A stretch of 63,123 nucleotides of DNA, the filler included, from Dirinaria sp. TL-2023a (taxonomy: Eukaryota): the NCBI GenBank assembly GCA_051941275.1. It is 49 parts of 49 records of this genome, joined end to end, with 100 filler letters (N's around TTAATTAATTAA, not from the genome) between each part and the next. Parts side by side here need not be neighbours in the genome. Positions count along the whole stretch, not along the records: positions 26,166 to 27,361 come from JAVEBF010002913.1; positions 27,462 to 28,654 come from JAVEBF010002914.1; positions 28,755 to 29,947 come from JAVEBF010002915.1; positions 30,048 to 31,239 come from JAVEBF010002916.1; positions 31,340 to 32,529 come from JAVEBF010002917.1; positions 32,630 to 33,816 come from JAVEBF010002918.1; positions 33,917 to 35,102 come from JAVEBF010002919.1; positions 35,203 to 36,388 come from JAVEBF010002920.1; 41 more parts are not named here. One strand, written 5' to 3'. The notes under the pieces are model-generated. The model was given only the letters and a program-made list of their open reading frames with translations, did not search any database and was not told the DNA's origin. The position numbers were made by a program, and so were the translations under genes. The number at the start of each line of letters is the position of its first letter. Position 1 is the stretch's first letter. This document shows, piece by piece, positions 26,066 to 38,320 of this stretch.

Positions 26066-28757
26066 NNNNNNNNNNNNNNNNNNNNNNNNNNNNNNNNNNN
26101 NNNNNNNNNTTAATTAATTAANNNNNNNNNNNNNNNNNNNNNNNNNNNNNNNNNNNNNNNNNNNNGGTTGGAGCTGTGTTTTGGGGGTTTTAACGTTTTA
26201 GATTGTTAGGTATACATGGTTAGGAAAGGGAACCTCTAGAACTCTTTTTCTTCCTTTTTCTGGGATGCTTTTAAAAAGCTTGGAAGCTCCATAATTTATC
26301 CAGAAAGAAAGAGAGTAGAATGAAAACATTACCTGCCCGTATCCAACACAGTCTCATTCTTTGGCGGATACCCCGGGACCCACGCTACACAGACATCGTC
26401 CTCTTGTCCCGCTTGCTGCAGCGCCCCACCCTTCAGAGCGCTACTCCCACTACCGCAGACCCGTTGAACCGGTATCGTCGCCGCGAGACCAAAGACGGAT
26501 GATAGCTGCAGAAGCAGCAAACCGCACGCAACTCGGTCTAGATGGCGTGACCGCTGCATTTTACGTGCGGATCTTTTGTTCGGATGATCTCTGAGCAAAA
26601 TTTAGGAAGGGAGAGGATTGATCTTGATCCAATTGTGGGAAGAAGATCAAGATCCGTGGGTGTGAGGGAAGCTTTTATTACGGTGCGCATCTCGTGCCGC
26701 TCCGGCGCCATAGATATGGTAGGACTCGTCGGAAGTAGGGGGCGCATAGAAGCGTGGATCGATGCAAGATCAACCTAAAAATTGATAGATGAGTACCTTA
26801 AGTGATAAGTAGATAGATATAAGCGCCGCCTGCGCTTGCGCGGAAGTAGTGATAGATTAGATATCGAACTCTAGCGCATCTAAGTAGTGGTGTATTTTCT
26901 CTTCCCTTCAAAATTGCCTTCTCGACGACAACGTGACAGCAAAGCAAAAAATGGTCTGACGCGCACTCTGCGTTTAAAAAAAAACCAAAAGATGCTGATT
27001 ACTAATACCTTAGTCTCAGATTGCTTATACCATGAAATACATATTTAACTTGCCACCTTGCGATGGTGCTCGGATTTTTTCTCTTTGAATTGAAAGTAGT
27101 GAAAGAAAGAAAGGAAAGAAAAAAGGGGTAAATGTGCTGGATCGATCTGACTCTCCTTATTCCAAGGGGGAAAGAAGTGCATGCATGTGTGTGTGTGTGC
27201 GCGCAAGCCTTGGCGCTCATGTAATTACGATGAAGAGGTCGTAAGAATAAAGTGGACATGAAATATAATACAGGGGGGATAATAATATAGACTACGAATA
27301 GGAATGATATAGGGGTAAACCGTTGGACTTCGTCGATAGTAGTTCCCGTAAGAATATTCCCNNNNNNNNNNNNNNNNNNNNNNNNNNNNNNNNNNNNNNN
27401 NNNNNTTAATTAATTAANNNNNNNNNNNNNNNNNNNNNNNNNNNNNNNNNNNNNNNNNNNNCTTCTTTAACTTAAAAGAGAAAAAACAAGTTATTGCTAA
27501 ATTGAACATCGACTTGAAAAAAAAAAGATCGAATCTTTTTCTCAATTTTACAGCGTCGAGTGAGTCTTCATCAAAACTCAACAGTCACGAGACGAGAACA
27601 GAGAGATAATCGAATATTTTCGAAAAGAGCAAATTGAGAAGAGTTCCACTCATCTTTTTTTTCTTTCGATAATCTTCAACTTATAAAACATCGTTAGTAC
27701 TTATCTGTGACTCGTACAGTGGCATAAAAAAAAGATCAAGGGTAGCATGTTCAAAATCTGATAATTTAAGCAGGATTTCATCGAACAATCTCAGACTTCT
27801 AATACAGAGATAGAAAGAGATACGATATTTTTTCTAAGAAATCAATTAAGAAAAACATCATCATTTTTCGCTTCTGTGCAATCTTCAGCTTGTGAGACAG
27901 CATTGATATCATGTCTGTGACTTTCACAGCAATATAAAACAAAAAGGAAAGTCGAATCATGAGATTCAAATTTGTGCTATCAAGCAAAACTCAGTTACAT
28001 TTTATCGATGTTCAACATGTTTCTTTACTCTGAACATTCCATCTCTGACTTAAGAGGAAATAGATAAAATATCGCTATCCCGAACAGCGATAGAAAAAAT
28101 AAAATCGAACTTCTTAATTAATTCTACAACGTCAAATAAGTCTTCACCAAAACTCAACAATCTCGAAACGAGAACGGAAAAACAAACTTGTTCTTGTATC
28201 TTCAGCTCAAGAGACATTATTGACTTCTTTCTGAGACTCGTTGATGTTGTTGTATGATTGATTGTGCAATACATTTCTAATATAAAAGAAAAAAAAAAAA
28301 ACAATAGAACTATCGATATCTCGAACAGCGATAGAGAAAAGAAGATTGAATCTTTTTATCGAAATTACAGCATCAATCAATTCTTCACCAAAAGTCAAAA
28401 GTCACGAAACGAGAACAGAAGAAACAACTTAATTTTATATCTTCTGCTCATGAAACATCCTCATTGTCTGATCTAAAACTCGTCAATGCTACTCTATACC
28501 ATAATTATCGCAGTCTACAACCACAGCGTCTTTTTCGAAGTCGAGCGTGTATCTTCACTCTGAACACTATACACCTCTAATCTCAAAACCGAAAGACAAA
28601 CTATTTCTCCTTCCAATACCGACACAAAAAACACAATCAATCGCCTCATGATAANNNNNNNNNNNNNNNNNNNNNNNNNNNNNNNNNNNNNNNNNNNNTT
28701 AATTAATTAANNNNNNNNNNNNNNNNNNNNNNNNNNNNNNNNNNNNNNNNNNNNTCC

Positions 28758-29206
28758 CTATTCTCCCTTTCCACCTTCTTCCCGCTTCCTCGGTTCAAGA
28801 ATAACACCAACCATGGGAAACCGCTCGCCGCCGCGCCAGCACATCTGCAACACGCTTCTCCTCACCATGTCAGAACCCCCTTCCTCCGCTTCATCAACCG
28901 TAACCTGCTCCTTCGCCAAAGCCTCCCGTTCCTTTGAAGCATGCAGAAGACCCTCTCCTTGCTCCACGGTCGACGAAATCTCCCCCATCGATCGAAGCGC
29001 TTCAAGGCGCTGCTCCGGGATCATGGAGATGCCAGGCGCTTGGAGTAAGGCCATCTGCTGCTGGTGAGTCAGATATCCGTTGTCGTCTTTGGTGGGGGTG
29101 GTGGTTGTTGTTGAGGGATTCATATGGTTTTCTTGTGCTGCTGGTGGTGCTGGTGGTGAGGAGGAGTTTTTTCTTCGCCGTGTAGAGTGCGCTTTAGTTT
29201 GCATGG
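28758..29206 (-). CDS. Hypothetical fungal protein
   Basis: Single open frame from MQTKAH to a stop, coding-like composition; no family recognised. Confidence 0.35.
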
Positions 29207-32200
29207 TTTTTTTTTCCCCCGAAGAGGAGAAAAAAGAAAAGGAAAGGTTTTTTTTAATGTTTCTTTCTTGCTTGCTTTGGAGTTTAGATAGCGCGTGCAA
29301 TTTAATGTTTTCTAAAAAAAAGCCGTCAGGATTCCACACAGATTTTTAACACACTTATACCAAAATCATACCAGAACTGAAGAAGCAAAAACCTTATATC
29401 CCCCCCTCTTCCTTTTTCGAGGGTGTTACCAATAATCAACATCCTACAACAGACAAACCCTTTGTATCCTCCAACCCCCACCCCCATACATCCAGCACAT
29501 GTATAACTGTATATATATCGAACAAAGAAGAAAAAAGACAAATGGAATGGAACACCACATTGATCCTGTACACTAAATTCCCGCGTTGCCCGGATCAAGA
29601 ATCATACAAAGACATTGTAAGATATCGAGCCAGTCCTCACTCCACAATGGTGCGAGAGAGACTTCGTGGGATATTATTCTTTCCCAAGGGAGGTTTTAGT
29701 ATAGAGGGTGATGAATGAATGAATGAATAAACGATTGCAAGCGCATTTTTTCTTGCTCGAGATAAGGCAGGATTTGGATGGCGGGGGAGGATTCAGATGG
29801 TGAAAAAGGCCCTTAAGTAGATGTGATATTCGGCGAAAATAACTCATCCAGTACGGTAGTACCTCCTTAAAAAAACGCCTCGCTTTTCCAACTATAAAAA
29901 AAGAAGGGTATTTTCAGAACCAACATAGCGTCCACAGGGCCGGTAACNNNNNNNNNNNNNNNNNNNNNNNNNNNNNNNNNNNNNNNNNNNNTTAATTAAT
30001 TAANNNNNNNNNNNNNNNNNNNNNNNNNNNNNNNNNNNNNNNNNNNNATTCTACTCCTCATGAAAATTGTCTTATGACATTACTCATTAATATCAGCATC
30101 AGCAAGATACATGTGAAAAAGTCATTTCGTTTCTTCAAGCAAAATAATTCGTTGAACTTTTACTCAGAATCTGAAATCTATGAGTGACGATGGAGCTGAC
30201 ATTAATTCTTTGAACAACATCACAGTCACTCCCAAAGCCTCTCTGGCGACTGTATATCAAGACCACATCTGCCAGCTCTTTCCCCTCAGATCTCAGACCA
30301 CCCACCCACTAACCACCAAGTTTTAAAATCCAAATCAAGCCAATTCAAAGCTCCAAAGAACAGAATAACCAACCAACCACAAAACCTCCTTACGCAAAGA
30401 CAAAATGTTCATCCTCCGCCTCTTCATCCTCATTCTAATCATCCACGCGTTCAGATGCTATGGGATCTGGACTCGGGTTGGACTACTGCATGAACAACTC
30501 GCCAAGCACATTATCGATCGGGAGACCTTCCAGCAGCTGTTCGATAAGGAGATCGAGAAGACTTTGACTACTAGATTTTGGGTAGATGTAGGCCTCATTA
30601 AGGGAATAGAAAAGGTGGTGGAACGGGACCAAGAGGGTGAGGGGAAGAGTGAGAAGGATATTGTGCAGGGGTGGAAGGGAGGTTGGGAGAGACTGTGTGA
30701 GGGTTGAATGTATGCTGCACAAATTGATTAGACATCTTGATGACAGCTGCTTATTTGAAGGGTGAGCTCTGTCAGATAATGAAGTGCGTGAATCATAGAA
30801 GCTAATGGTAAATCTTTTTTCTCTCTGCATACGTACGCAATATGCAGGTTTCCGAGACAGTCTGTAATTCCAAGACACAAACATTTTCTTGGAGAAATGA
30901 AAAAAAAAAATTCTTGTCTCAGAATTACCCTCCTATCGCTCCTTTTTCCAGCCCAGACAACAAATCTTTCATGCACCTACCAATAAGTCCAAAAGAATCA
31001 CCAATCTATCAAAGAAAGAAATTCCGGCTCTACTTGCAGCCAAGTTTCTCCCTCACCCGCTATCCTAGCCAAATTCAAACATTCCTTTGTGAATGAAAAA
31101 AAAGAGAGGAAAACCTGAAATAGCCTTCCCAGACCTTCAAAAGCCTACAATCAAGCAATCAAACACGGGGAATACAAATATCGAGAAAACTTCGCATCAT
31201 CCACACAGCCTCAGATTCCCAACATCACACACCCAGCACNNNNNNNNNNNNNNNNNNNNNNNNNNNNNNNNNNNNNNNNNNNNTTAATTAATTAANNNNN
31301 NNNNNNNNNNNNNNNNNNNNNNNNNNNNNNNNNNNNNNNATAATTGCTTTTGTACTTTACTTCTCTCTCTCTCTCCAATCTCCATGCCAAGATTTGAAGC
31401 CGCGATTGCCCTTAGTGGCTGCGTCATTACGGTATCTCGGATATTTAAGGCTCTTCCCGTCCGCTTGAGCCACTGGGCCAATCACCGACGAGCCTTTCCC
31501 GATTTTCTCCGTTCTCACAATTTGGTCGCGCAGTCACAGGCGATACGAGCCAAAGAGACAGTCGATGAAGGCCAGCGCCGTGTGCCTCTCCCAGATGCCA
31601 AAAAGCTCAAGCCTGCAGAATCATGGACTTTGAATGCCTAACTCCGTACTGCTCCTATGTCGGACTGCTCCTCGATCCGAATTCGCGCATGACACCTGGT
31701 CCAGAAAGACGAAGATTTTCGTCGTACTCGTACGGAGTACATGCCATTCATTTGTGTTACGGGGACAAGATTTATTTAGCCAGGTATGTAAGGTACGAGT
31801 AGATGTATATTGGGGCGATTCCTGTTGGAGTGAATTGAGTACCTTAAAAAGTGATCCGAACCCCCCCACTCGGGGAAAAAAAGAAGACAGATGACAGATT
31901 TGTCTGGGCGCCGAACAACCTGCACAGCTACATTACTGTAAGCTCCCTCATGATCCACGATCAGCATAGCCCATTCTCCGTACTGGCAGTATGTATAGAA
32001 ATACTGTCAGCACTGCTACTACTACTACTACCTTCCTGTGGCTGCGTCGGCGTGGCAGTACAGAGAGTCTCATCTCTCGGCCCCACTCCCCTGCGGCTTG
32101 TCCACCCCCGATGAGAATTTCGCTGGAATTGCTTCCATGCGTAGACAAACAGTAATCTGGCAAGCCATCGACATCAAGCTGCAGCTGGGGGGTCGTGACT

Positions 32201-32629
32201 TCGTATTTACCGTACTACCCACTTGTACGAGTACTGACTGCAGTGTGTTATTTGCGAACATTCGTGGGCCTCCTCAGCAACACCCGGACACACTGCACTG
32301 ATGAAGGGATCAGCCTGCTTCAACTTCAGTTGGATGGAAGTCGGACTGGGAGGTTGACCAGAATAGTAAAGTAATGTAAGTAAGGTAGTAGTAGGGGTGT
32401 GTGTAATCATAAGGTAACCATAATTCGAAGCCTTACTGTACCGTGGGTTTCTTCGGTTTGTGCTGTCTGTGCTGCTTGTGCCTGCTTGTGCTGCTACTGC
32501 TACTGCTGCTGCTGCTGCTGCTGCTGCTGNNNNNNNNNNNNNNNNNNNNNNNNNNNNNNNNNNNNNNNNNNNNTTAATTAATTAANNNNNNNNNNNNNNN
32601 NNNNNNNNNNNNNNNNNNNNNNNNNNNNN

Positions 32630-32965
32630 CATCATAATGCTTCAATCTTCTAGACAGCGTAATGCTGCATCGCGCTTCAATCGATATTTCTTAATAAGAT
32701 CGAGTACTGCATTGTCGTCGTTGCGAACTCAATGCTTCAATTGATCGACAGTGTTGATGAAATTCGAGAAATCTGCTTGATCTGTTCTCGAAGAGAGATC
32801 TTCTGATTCTTCTGACAGTATCGACACGCGGCGGTTTGTCGTCTTCTTTAATAGATCTTTCATCGTCTGAGACAGATAGATCGCATCGTCAATGAGATCA
32901 TTGACGATCGAGAAGATCTGAGTCTGAGTGAGATGTGCTCGAGAGTCTGATATCTGTCTAGACAT
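32630..32965 (-). mobile_element. 5' end of gag of LTR family E, RIP-decayed
   Basis: MSRQISDSRAH... starts 95 nt after the 5' LTR; homologue at 53643-54101. Confidence 0.7.
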
Positions 32966-33060
32966 TCTGATTTCTATAATTATAAGGTCTTTTATTGCGA
33001 TTGCTTGATCTACTCGTGCAACGTCGACGAGTGCAAAGATAAGAGTGATAGTTAGTGTAA

Positions 33061-33265
33061 TGTCAGGGTCTGCACAGCGCTCAATGACATATGAATGCTA
33101 GTAGACTAGAACACTAACTATGAAGAAGAAAAGAAAAGGAAATCTATCTACAGAAAGACTCAAATAGAGACCCGAAGCAATATCGGTCCGAGGGGACGCT
33201 GGGTCTGATCATGTGACTTGATCATATGATCTGACCTAAGGTGCTCCAGGTCTAGGTTCATGACA
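33061..33265 (-). mobile_element. 5' LTR of family E
   Basis: TGTCA...TGACA termini; followed on the minus strand by a PBS-like segment and gag. Confidence 0.85.
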
Positions 33266-33816
33266 AGTTTCTCAGTCTCGATAATGAGTCTCTTGAGTTT
33301 TTCGTGATGTGTTAATGCTATGTCGCTCTCTTCAAGACGTTTTTCTTGTTCTCATTTCGCGTCGACTGCAGCTGCGATCACATCATTGTCTCGATCACTT
33401 TCGTTCGAGTAAACTCTTCAGTATAAATTTGATTTGTTCGCGTTGTGACTTTTTGTTGCTAGTGTCTCATTTTGAATAACTATTTTCGAAGATTTCGCTC
33501 ATGATGTCGCGATATAAATTTGTCGTCGTGACGTAAACTTTTCACTCAATGTCTGACGCATTCATCTTCTCGTGAGCTCGAGTGACGTCGCTCTGAGTTT
33601 TGATTTACGATCTTTTCTAAAGTTTATGTCGCGCTTTATGCGTGTCATCGCTGCTTCGATCGCTTTTCTCGAGTTTCTTGCGTTCATGTTTATTATTGAT
33701 CTCTGAAGCAGCTTTTTGAGATAAATGTCGATGAGCGTCGTGTTGATCTTTATCTGTAATGTCTCTGTTGACGTTGTTTTATAAACGTCTGTGATTTGAC
33801 GAAGCTCTCTGCTTTG
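33266..33816 (-). mobile_element. Tad1-like LINE ORF2 fragment (post-RT to RNase H), RIP-decayed
   Basis: LRQITDVYKTTSTETLQIK...IDIYL and VYSNES (VYSDGS-like); second copy at 59435-59690. Confidence 0.7.
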
Positions 33817-34287
33817 NNNNNNNNNNNNNNNNNNNNNNNNNNNNNNNNNNNNNNNNNNNNTTAATTAATTAANNNNNNNNNNNNNNNNNNNNNNNNNNNN
33901 NNNNNNNNNNNNNNNNCTATTACACTTGCGCAAGCCGGTGCTATTATCATAGCTACTGACCATTATAATAGGACCAATACGGAAGCAGCTCGGGACGTTG
34001 GATGCTCAGAATCAGCTGTAAGAGGCCTCAAGCAACGCGTCTATGCGGAAGCAGAAAAGAACATATCGCCCCTTCAAGCAGTTAATTCGAAGTTGGTCTC
34101 GCTGTGCACCCACCAGGAACGGCGTCCTCAAAAACCCTGCCGAACGTGGGACGATACTACGACAAGCTCGTCGAATGACGACACGTCTGATGTTGATGTC
34201 AAATCAGAACGCTCGGAATCCGACGCGCTACTTCGATGTCAATTCCCACTCCAATGCCGGCCTTTCCACTGTCTGCACTGCCTTGGT

Positions 34288-34692
34288 AAAGCTCAAGTGG
34301 ACATGGTCAAGCTGTACCACTATACGACTTTTGACATCATGGGCGATCTTACCTTCGGCGAGGGCCTCGACATGCTAGAGGAGGGCCAATGCGCCCCTTG
34401 GGTACAGACTCTGATTCAGGGTATCAAGCTAGACCCTTGGATGCGTATCGCAAAGCATTTCACGATCGGGGATTTCCTGGTCAAAACACTCCTCAACACG
34501 AAAACAGCGCGCGCGAAGCATTGGGAGTACTTCAACTACGCTAAGAAGAGGGTCGATAAAAGGCTGGCACGCATTCCTGACCGGCCAGACTTTTGGTCAC
34601 GCATCCTAGCGAAAGGCGAGGGGCATGGGGGTATGTCGATGGGCGAGCATTATGTCACTGCCTCGCTCTTTATGATTGCAGGTACTGAGACG
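34288..34692 (+). pseudogene. Cytochrome P450 (CYP65-like) internal fragment
   Basis: VDMVKLYHYTTFDIMGDLTFGE, PDFWSRIL, I-helix FMIAGTET followed by a GTAAGG donor; no P450 sequence recognised on either side. Confidence 0.8.
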
Positions 34693-35383
34693 GTAAGGAC
34701 TTATAGGGAATAGCCATACAGTTGTGATCAAGCTGCTCGACTAACAAACCATACCAAGAAACCAGAAACCCTATCATCGTCATATCAATGGCGAGGACAG
34801 AAATAAGGTATCAAACCTATGTATAACAGGTTGATGTATGCACGTGCCTATGTTGGGCTTGAGCATCCCCGACGATGCCCTTCCTCCGCATTGCTGTACT
34901 CGCTTCGAGCATCAGTGATATCCACTATACCTCCAATCCATGGTCTTCTTCCTCCACCAAGACAATATGTAAGCCAATAGGGCATGAAAAAATCACCACC
35001 ACTAACAAAAGTTGCGGATGTTTTGACCTATGCGGTTAGACTGGATATTAGTAATTGCTTAGTAAGCGGTCCCCCGGTATTTACTACCCACAAAAGTTCT
35101 TCNNNNNNNNNNNNNNNNNNNNNNNNNNNNNNNNNNNNNNNNNNNNTTAATTAATTAANNNNNNNNNNNNNNNNNNNNNNNNNNNNNNNNNNNNNNNNNN
35201 NNGTATTCGAGCTGTTGTTTGGCTCAGCGTCGTTTGATAGAGTCGCGGCGGCGGGGAGCGAGCGATTGTTCGAAACGACTTCAAAATCGTCTTTCGATTG
35301 TTGGGACTCTGGCACTTCACGCGGAAACGTCATCACTATTACACTTCGGGCCTTTCCCTTCAAAAGGTTGGAGTGATTAGAAC

Positions 35384-35795
35384 TGTAAGGTCGTATGCGC
35401 CGATTACCCGCCGACGCAGTACTTGTGTGAAAGACGTGGCAGTGTAATAGATTATATGGCTACCTCATACTGTAGTTTCTGCTAGAACTAATCACTAAGG
35501 ACTCCCTTCGAAAGGGTGAGTGGTCCTCTATACTTAACCGCGAGCGTTAACATTGCCTCATCATGACGAGCCCCGCGCTGGCGGATCACGAGCGCTCGTA
35601 GACACAATGCTCTATAAGCGTCAACCGCTCACTGGCTCCTAGTTAGCCTCGGGATTCAACCTTCCGACGCTGGCTTCTAGGCGGCGCTAGCCATGCTTCA
35701 GACCCCGAAGGATTGCCCTTGGGCACCCCCGGCTGCCAAGCGGCGCTAGCCTGCATTGGTCAATATATACCAATGTATCAGGTATCACTGTTACA
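35384..35795 (-). mobile_element. 5' LTR of family B (412 bp), least mutated copy, with leader and probable gag start toward 35203
   Basis: TGTAAC...TTACA termini; copies at 43428-43841, 53231-53642 and 62654-63065; adjacent leader shared with 63066-63123. Confidence 0.92.
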
Positions 35796-36388
35796 CATTT
35801 ATCTCAATAGAAGTCTAGAAGTCATCAATCAGATCTGACGACGAGTATGTGCCTAAAGACGTCCTGAAGATCGCGTTTAACAAGCACCGCGTCTTGTTCT
35901 TGCCTCAGTAGAGCCTTCAGAGCATCATCGAAGATAGAGTATTCTAGTGTGTCGAATTCGTCAGATATGAAGTCGTTTATCGAGAACTCGTGATGCGATA
36001 AGTCGTGAATGCGTCTTCAATCGTCAGATGTCTTAGATACTAGATCTAACGATGATGATACGAAGCGTCTCGTCGACGTTCTCGACACGCGAGTGATGCG
36101 ATGTGCCTTCATTTGTTTGATGAGGTCGACGATGAGAATTTCAGATGCAGAAAAAGCAGAAAGATGATTGAGGGCCAAAAATAGACTTTTCGAGCCAGTA
36201 TACCCGATTTTAGCGCCGTGAGTGAATATCCTGACTAGTGTGTTCACAAACTTTTGGTCCGAGTGTTCTCTCAAAAGATATGCCCATTTTGAAGTCTTAA
36301 GAGGCCTCGGATCGTCAAGCGGTGCCTCATCGGCAGATGTGATGTCATAAAGAAAGGCCTCACTAATTGACTGCAGCGATGTAGACAT
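35796..36388 (-). mobile_element. DIRS/Ngaro-type (tyrosine-recombinase retrotransposon) reverse transcriptase fragment, RIP-decayed
   Basis: GAKIGYTG, NHLSA, SSLDLVSK..D*RRIHDLSH, SINDFI, LEYSIFDDA, KRDLQDVFRHI, D**LLDFY*. Confidence 0.78.
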
Positions 36389-36639
36389 NNNNNNNNNNNN
36401 NNNNNNNNNNNNNNNNNNNNNNNNNNNNNNNNTTAATTAATTAANNNNNNNNNNNNNNNNNNNNNNNNNNNNNNNNNNNNNNNNNNNNATCATTTACAAC
36501 GATCGATAATGTTCGCAGACAATATATCATCATTCGTCTTGGTCAAAGCAATAATCCGCTTTTGAATCTTTTCATACTTTCTTCAAGAAAATCAAAGCGT
36601 TTTCGTTCAATTTCGAATGAATTTAATCCGGCTATCAAA

Positions 36640-36860
36640 CCATATTCAAACCCCCTGTCAAATCATTGACTCGATTCATCATCGAGATGGCGCTGAAGAT
36701 ATTTTGTCGATCGACTTTCAGTTCAGACGAAGAATAGCGAGATGAGTCAAACTTCTAGGAGACTTCATCTTCTGAGCTTCGTCAAGAACAATTCGAAAGA
36801 ACGCCTCGATGCAATACGAGAATATCTGAGCGACTTCGATGTTGTTGAAATAACGCAGGA
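36640..36860 (-). pseudogene. SNF2-family helicase relic
   Basis: FFRIVLDEAQKMKSPRS (motif II) and, after a frameshift, SAISMMNRVNDL (motif III SATPMMN-like). Confidence 0.55.
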
Positions 36861-38320
36861 GCCATAAGTGATAGCATCTCAACTTGAGCACGAAATGATG
36901 AAGCAGAACGTGCAGATAGAATTGTTGCTCTGATTTTTTCTCAAAAACGAGGAGCGTCGTTGGTGCTTAAGTATCATTAGTATTAGTTTACGTCTTAGAT
37001 GTTTCCTAAGCTCACGCTCTAGAAGTTCGTATCTGGTGCGTGCGGTAAAAGCAATATCAGTTGCAAGTGAGATTTGAGCAGTTCCGGACCGATCATTTTG
37101 GTTTCTGTACAAAAGCTTCGGGCAGTCCTTTTTTGTCATCAATCGTCTGCTTCTTACCAAAAAGATGGAAGCGATTCTTAAATGCGCCAGACTAATATTT
37201 TGTTTCAGCAAGAAAAATCAGAACCTCGGCCCAGATCTGCCAGACTTCGAATTGATAAAGGGAATGGTAATTCTTCGTGTTGTGCGTTGAAACGTTGCTG
37301 CTCCACACCAAAGTTCATATGTCTTTATCCACTCTTACTTCATGCAGAAGAGGTCTGGTTTAGCTGTGTCGCTTCCCAATAAGCGGCCTTGTTGCTCCTA
37401 CATTGAGGATTTGCTTACCAGACAGGTTCTACCATCACCTCCGTGACAAGAGACCAGATCAAGTCGGCTGAGGTGGTAGAACTCGCGACGAGCTTGTTCT
37501 CATTTTAATCTGTCGTGGTAGATAGTCAAATACTCCGTTTCACTTGAGAACATCTTAGAGAGATTTACGATGATAATTGACTGTGAATCGACAGAAGTAG
37601 TGCATTGATTTCATCGGATTGAGCTCCGAGGTACCTTTGCAAATTGAGATCATTGGACATCAGCACTCAGCANNNNNNNNNNNNNNNNNNNNNNNNNNNN
37701 NNNNNNNNNNNNNNNNTTAATTAATTAANNNNNNNNNNNNNNNNNNNNNNNNNNNNNNNNNNNNNNNNNNNNGGTTTTGGTGAGGGTTTTGGTGTGGGAA
37801 GGATGATTTCTGATCTGGGATTTGGAGGCATTGTTGCTACATGTGATGGAGGGGATGTTTTAAAGGATGAAGTTGGTGAGGGGGGATGTTCTACCTTTTT
37901 TTGTCGAATTGTATGAATGGTACGAGCGATTGTTGTTTTGCTACATGACTTTATTGATGCTACTGAGAGACTAGCCGCGACTAGCGCGACTAAGATGTAA
38001 GGTATTTCTTAGTGAGAATGTTAGTGCGAGTGCTAAAGACGGCGGGGCTGGGAAACACTTAAAGCCGAATTAGAACTTCATGTTTACCTCGTCATATCAT
38101 CGCCACTCTTGGGTCAGACATGCTATTCTTGCGCTCTGACTACATACACACTTACTGTTCCACTCAATTGACCAATTGATCAGTCATACCAAAGCTGCAA
38201 TTACATCTGGACCACGCTGATAAGTTCTTAAGCGAATTCAATTCTTCATGTAAGCAGCCGTTGCATACACAGTACACTTCTCTTCTCTAACAAGTGTAAC
38301 CAGACAGAACCGATATCATT

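Noticed and set aside
26329..26560. Possible first exon of a secreted protein (MQRSRHLDRVACGLLLLQLSSVFGLAA...)
   Set aside because: A signal-peptide-like stretch and one GT donor only; too weak.
32490..32529. (CTG)n run; also (GA)n at 15752, (GGA)n at 60699 and poly-T/G at about 6443-6484
   Set aside because: Ordinary simple repeats at contig ends that explain the assembly breaks.
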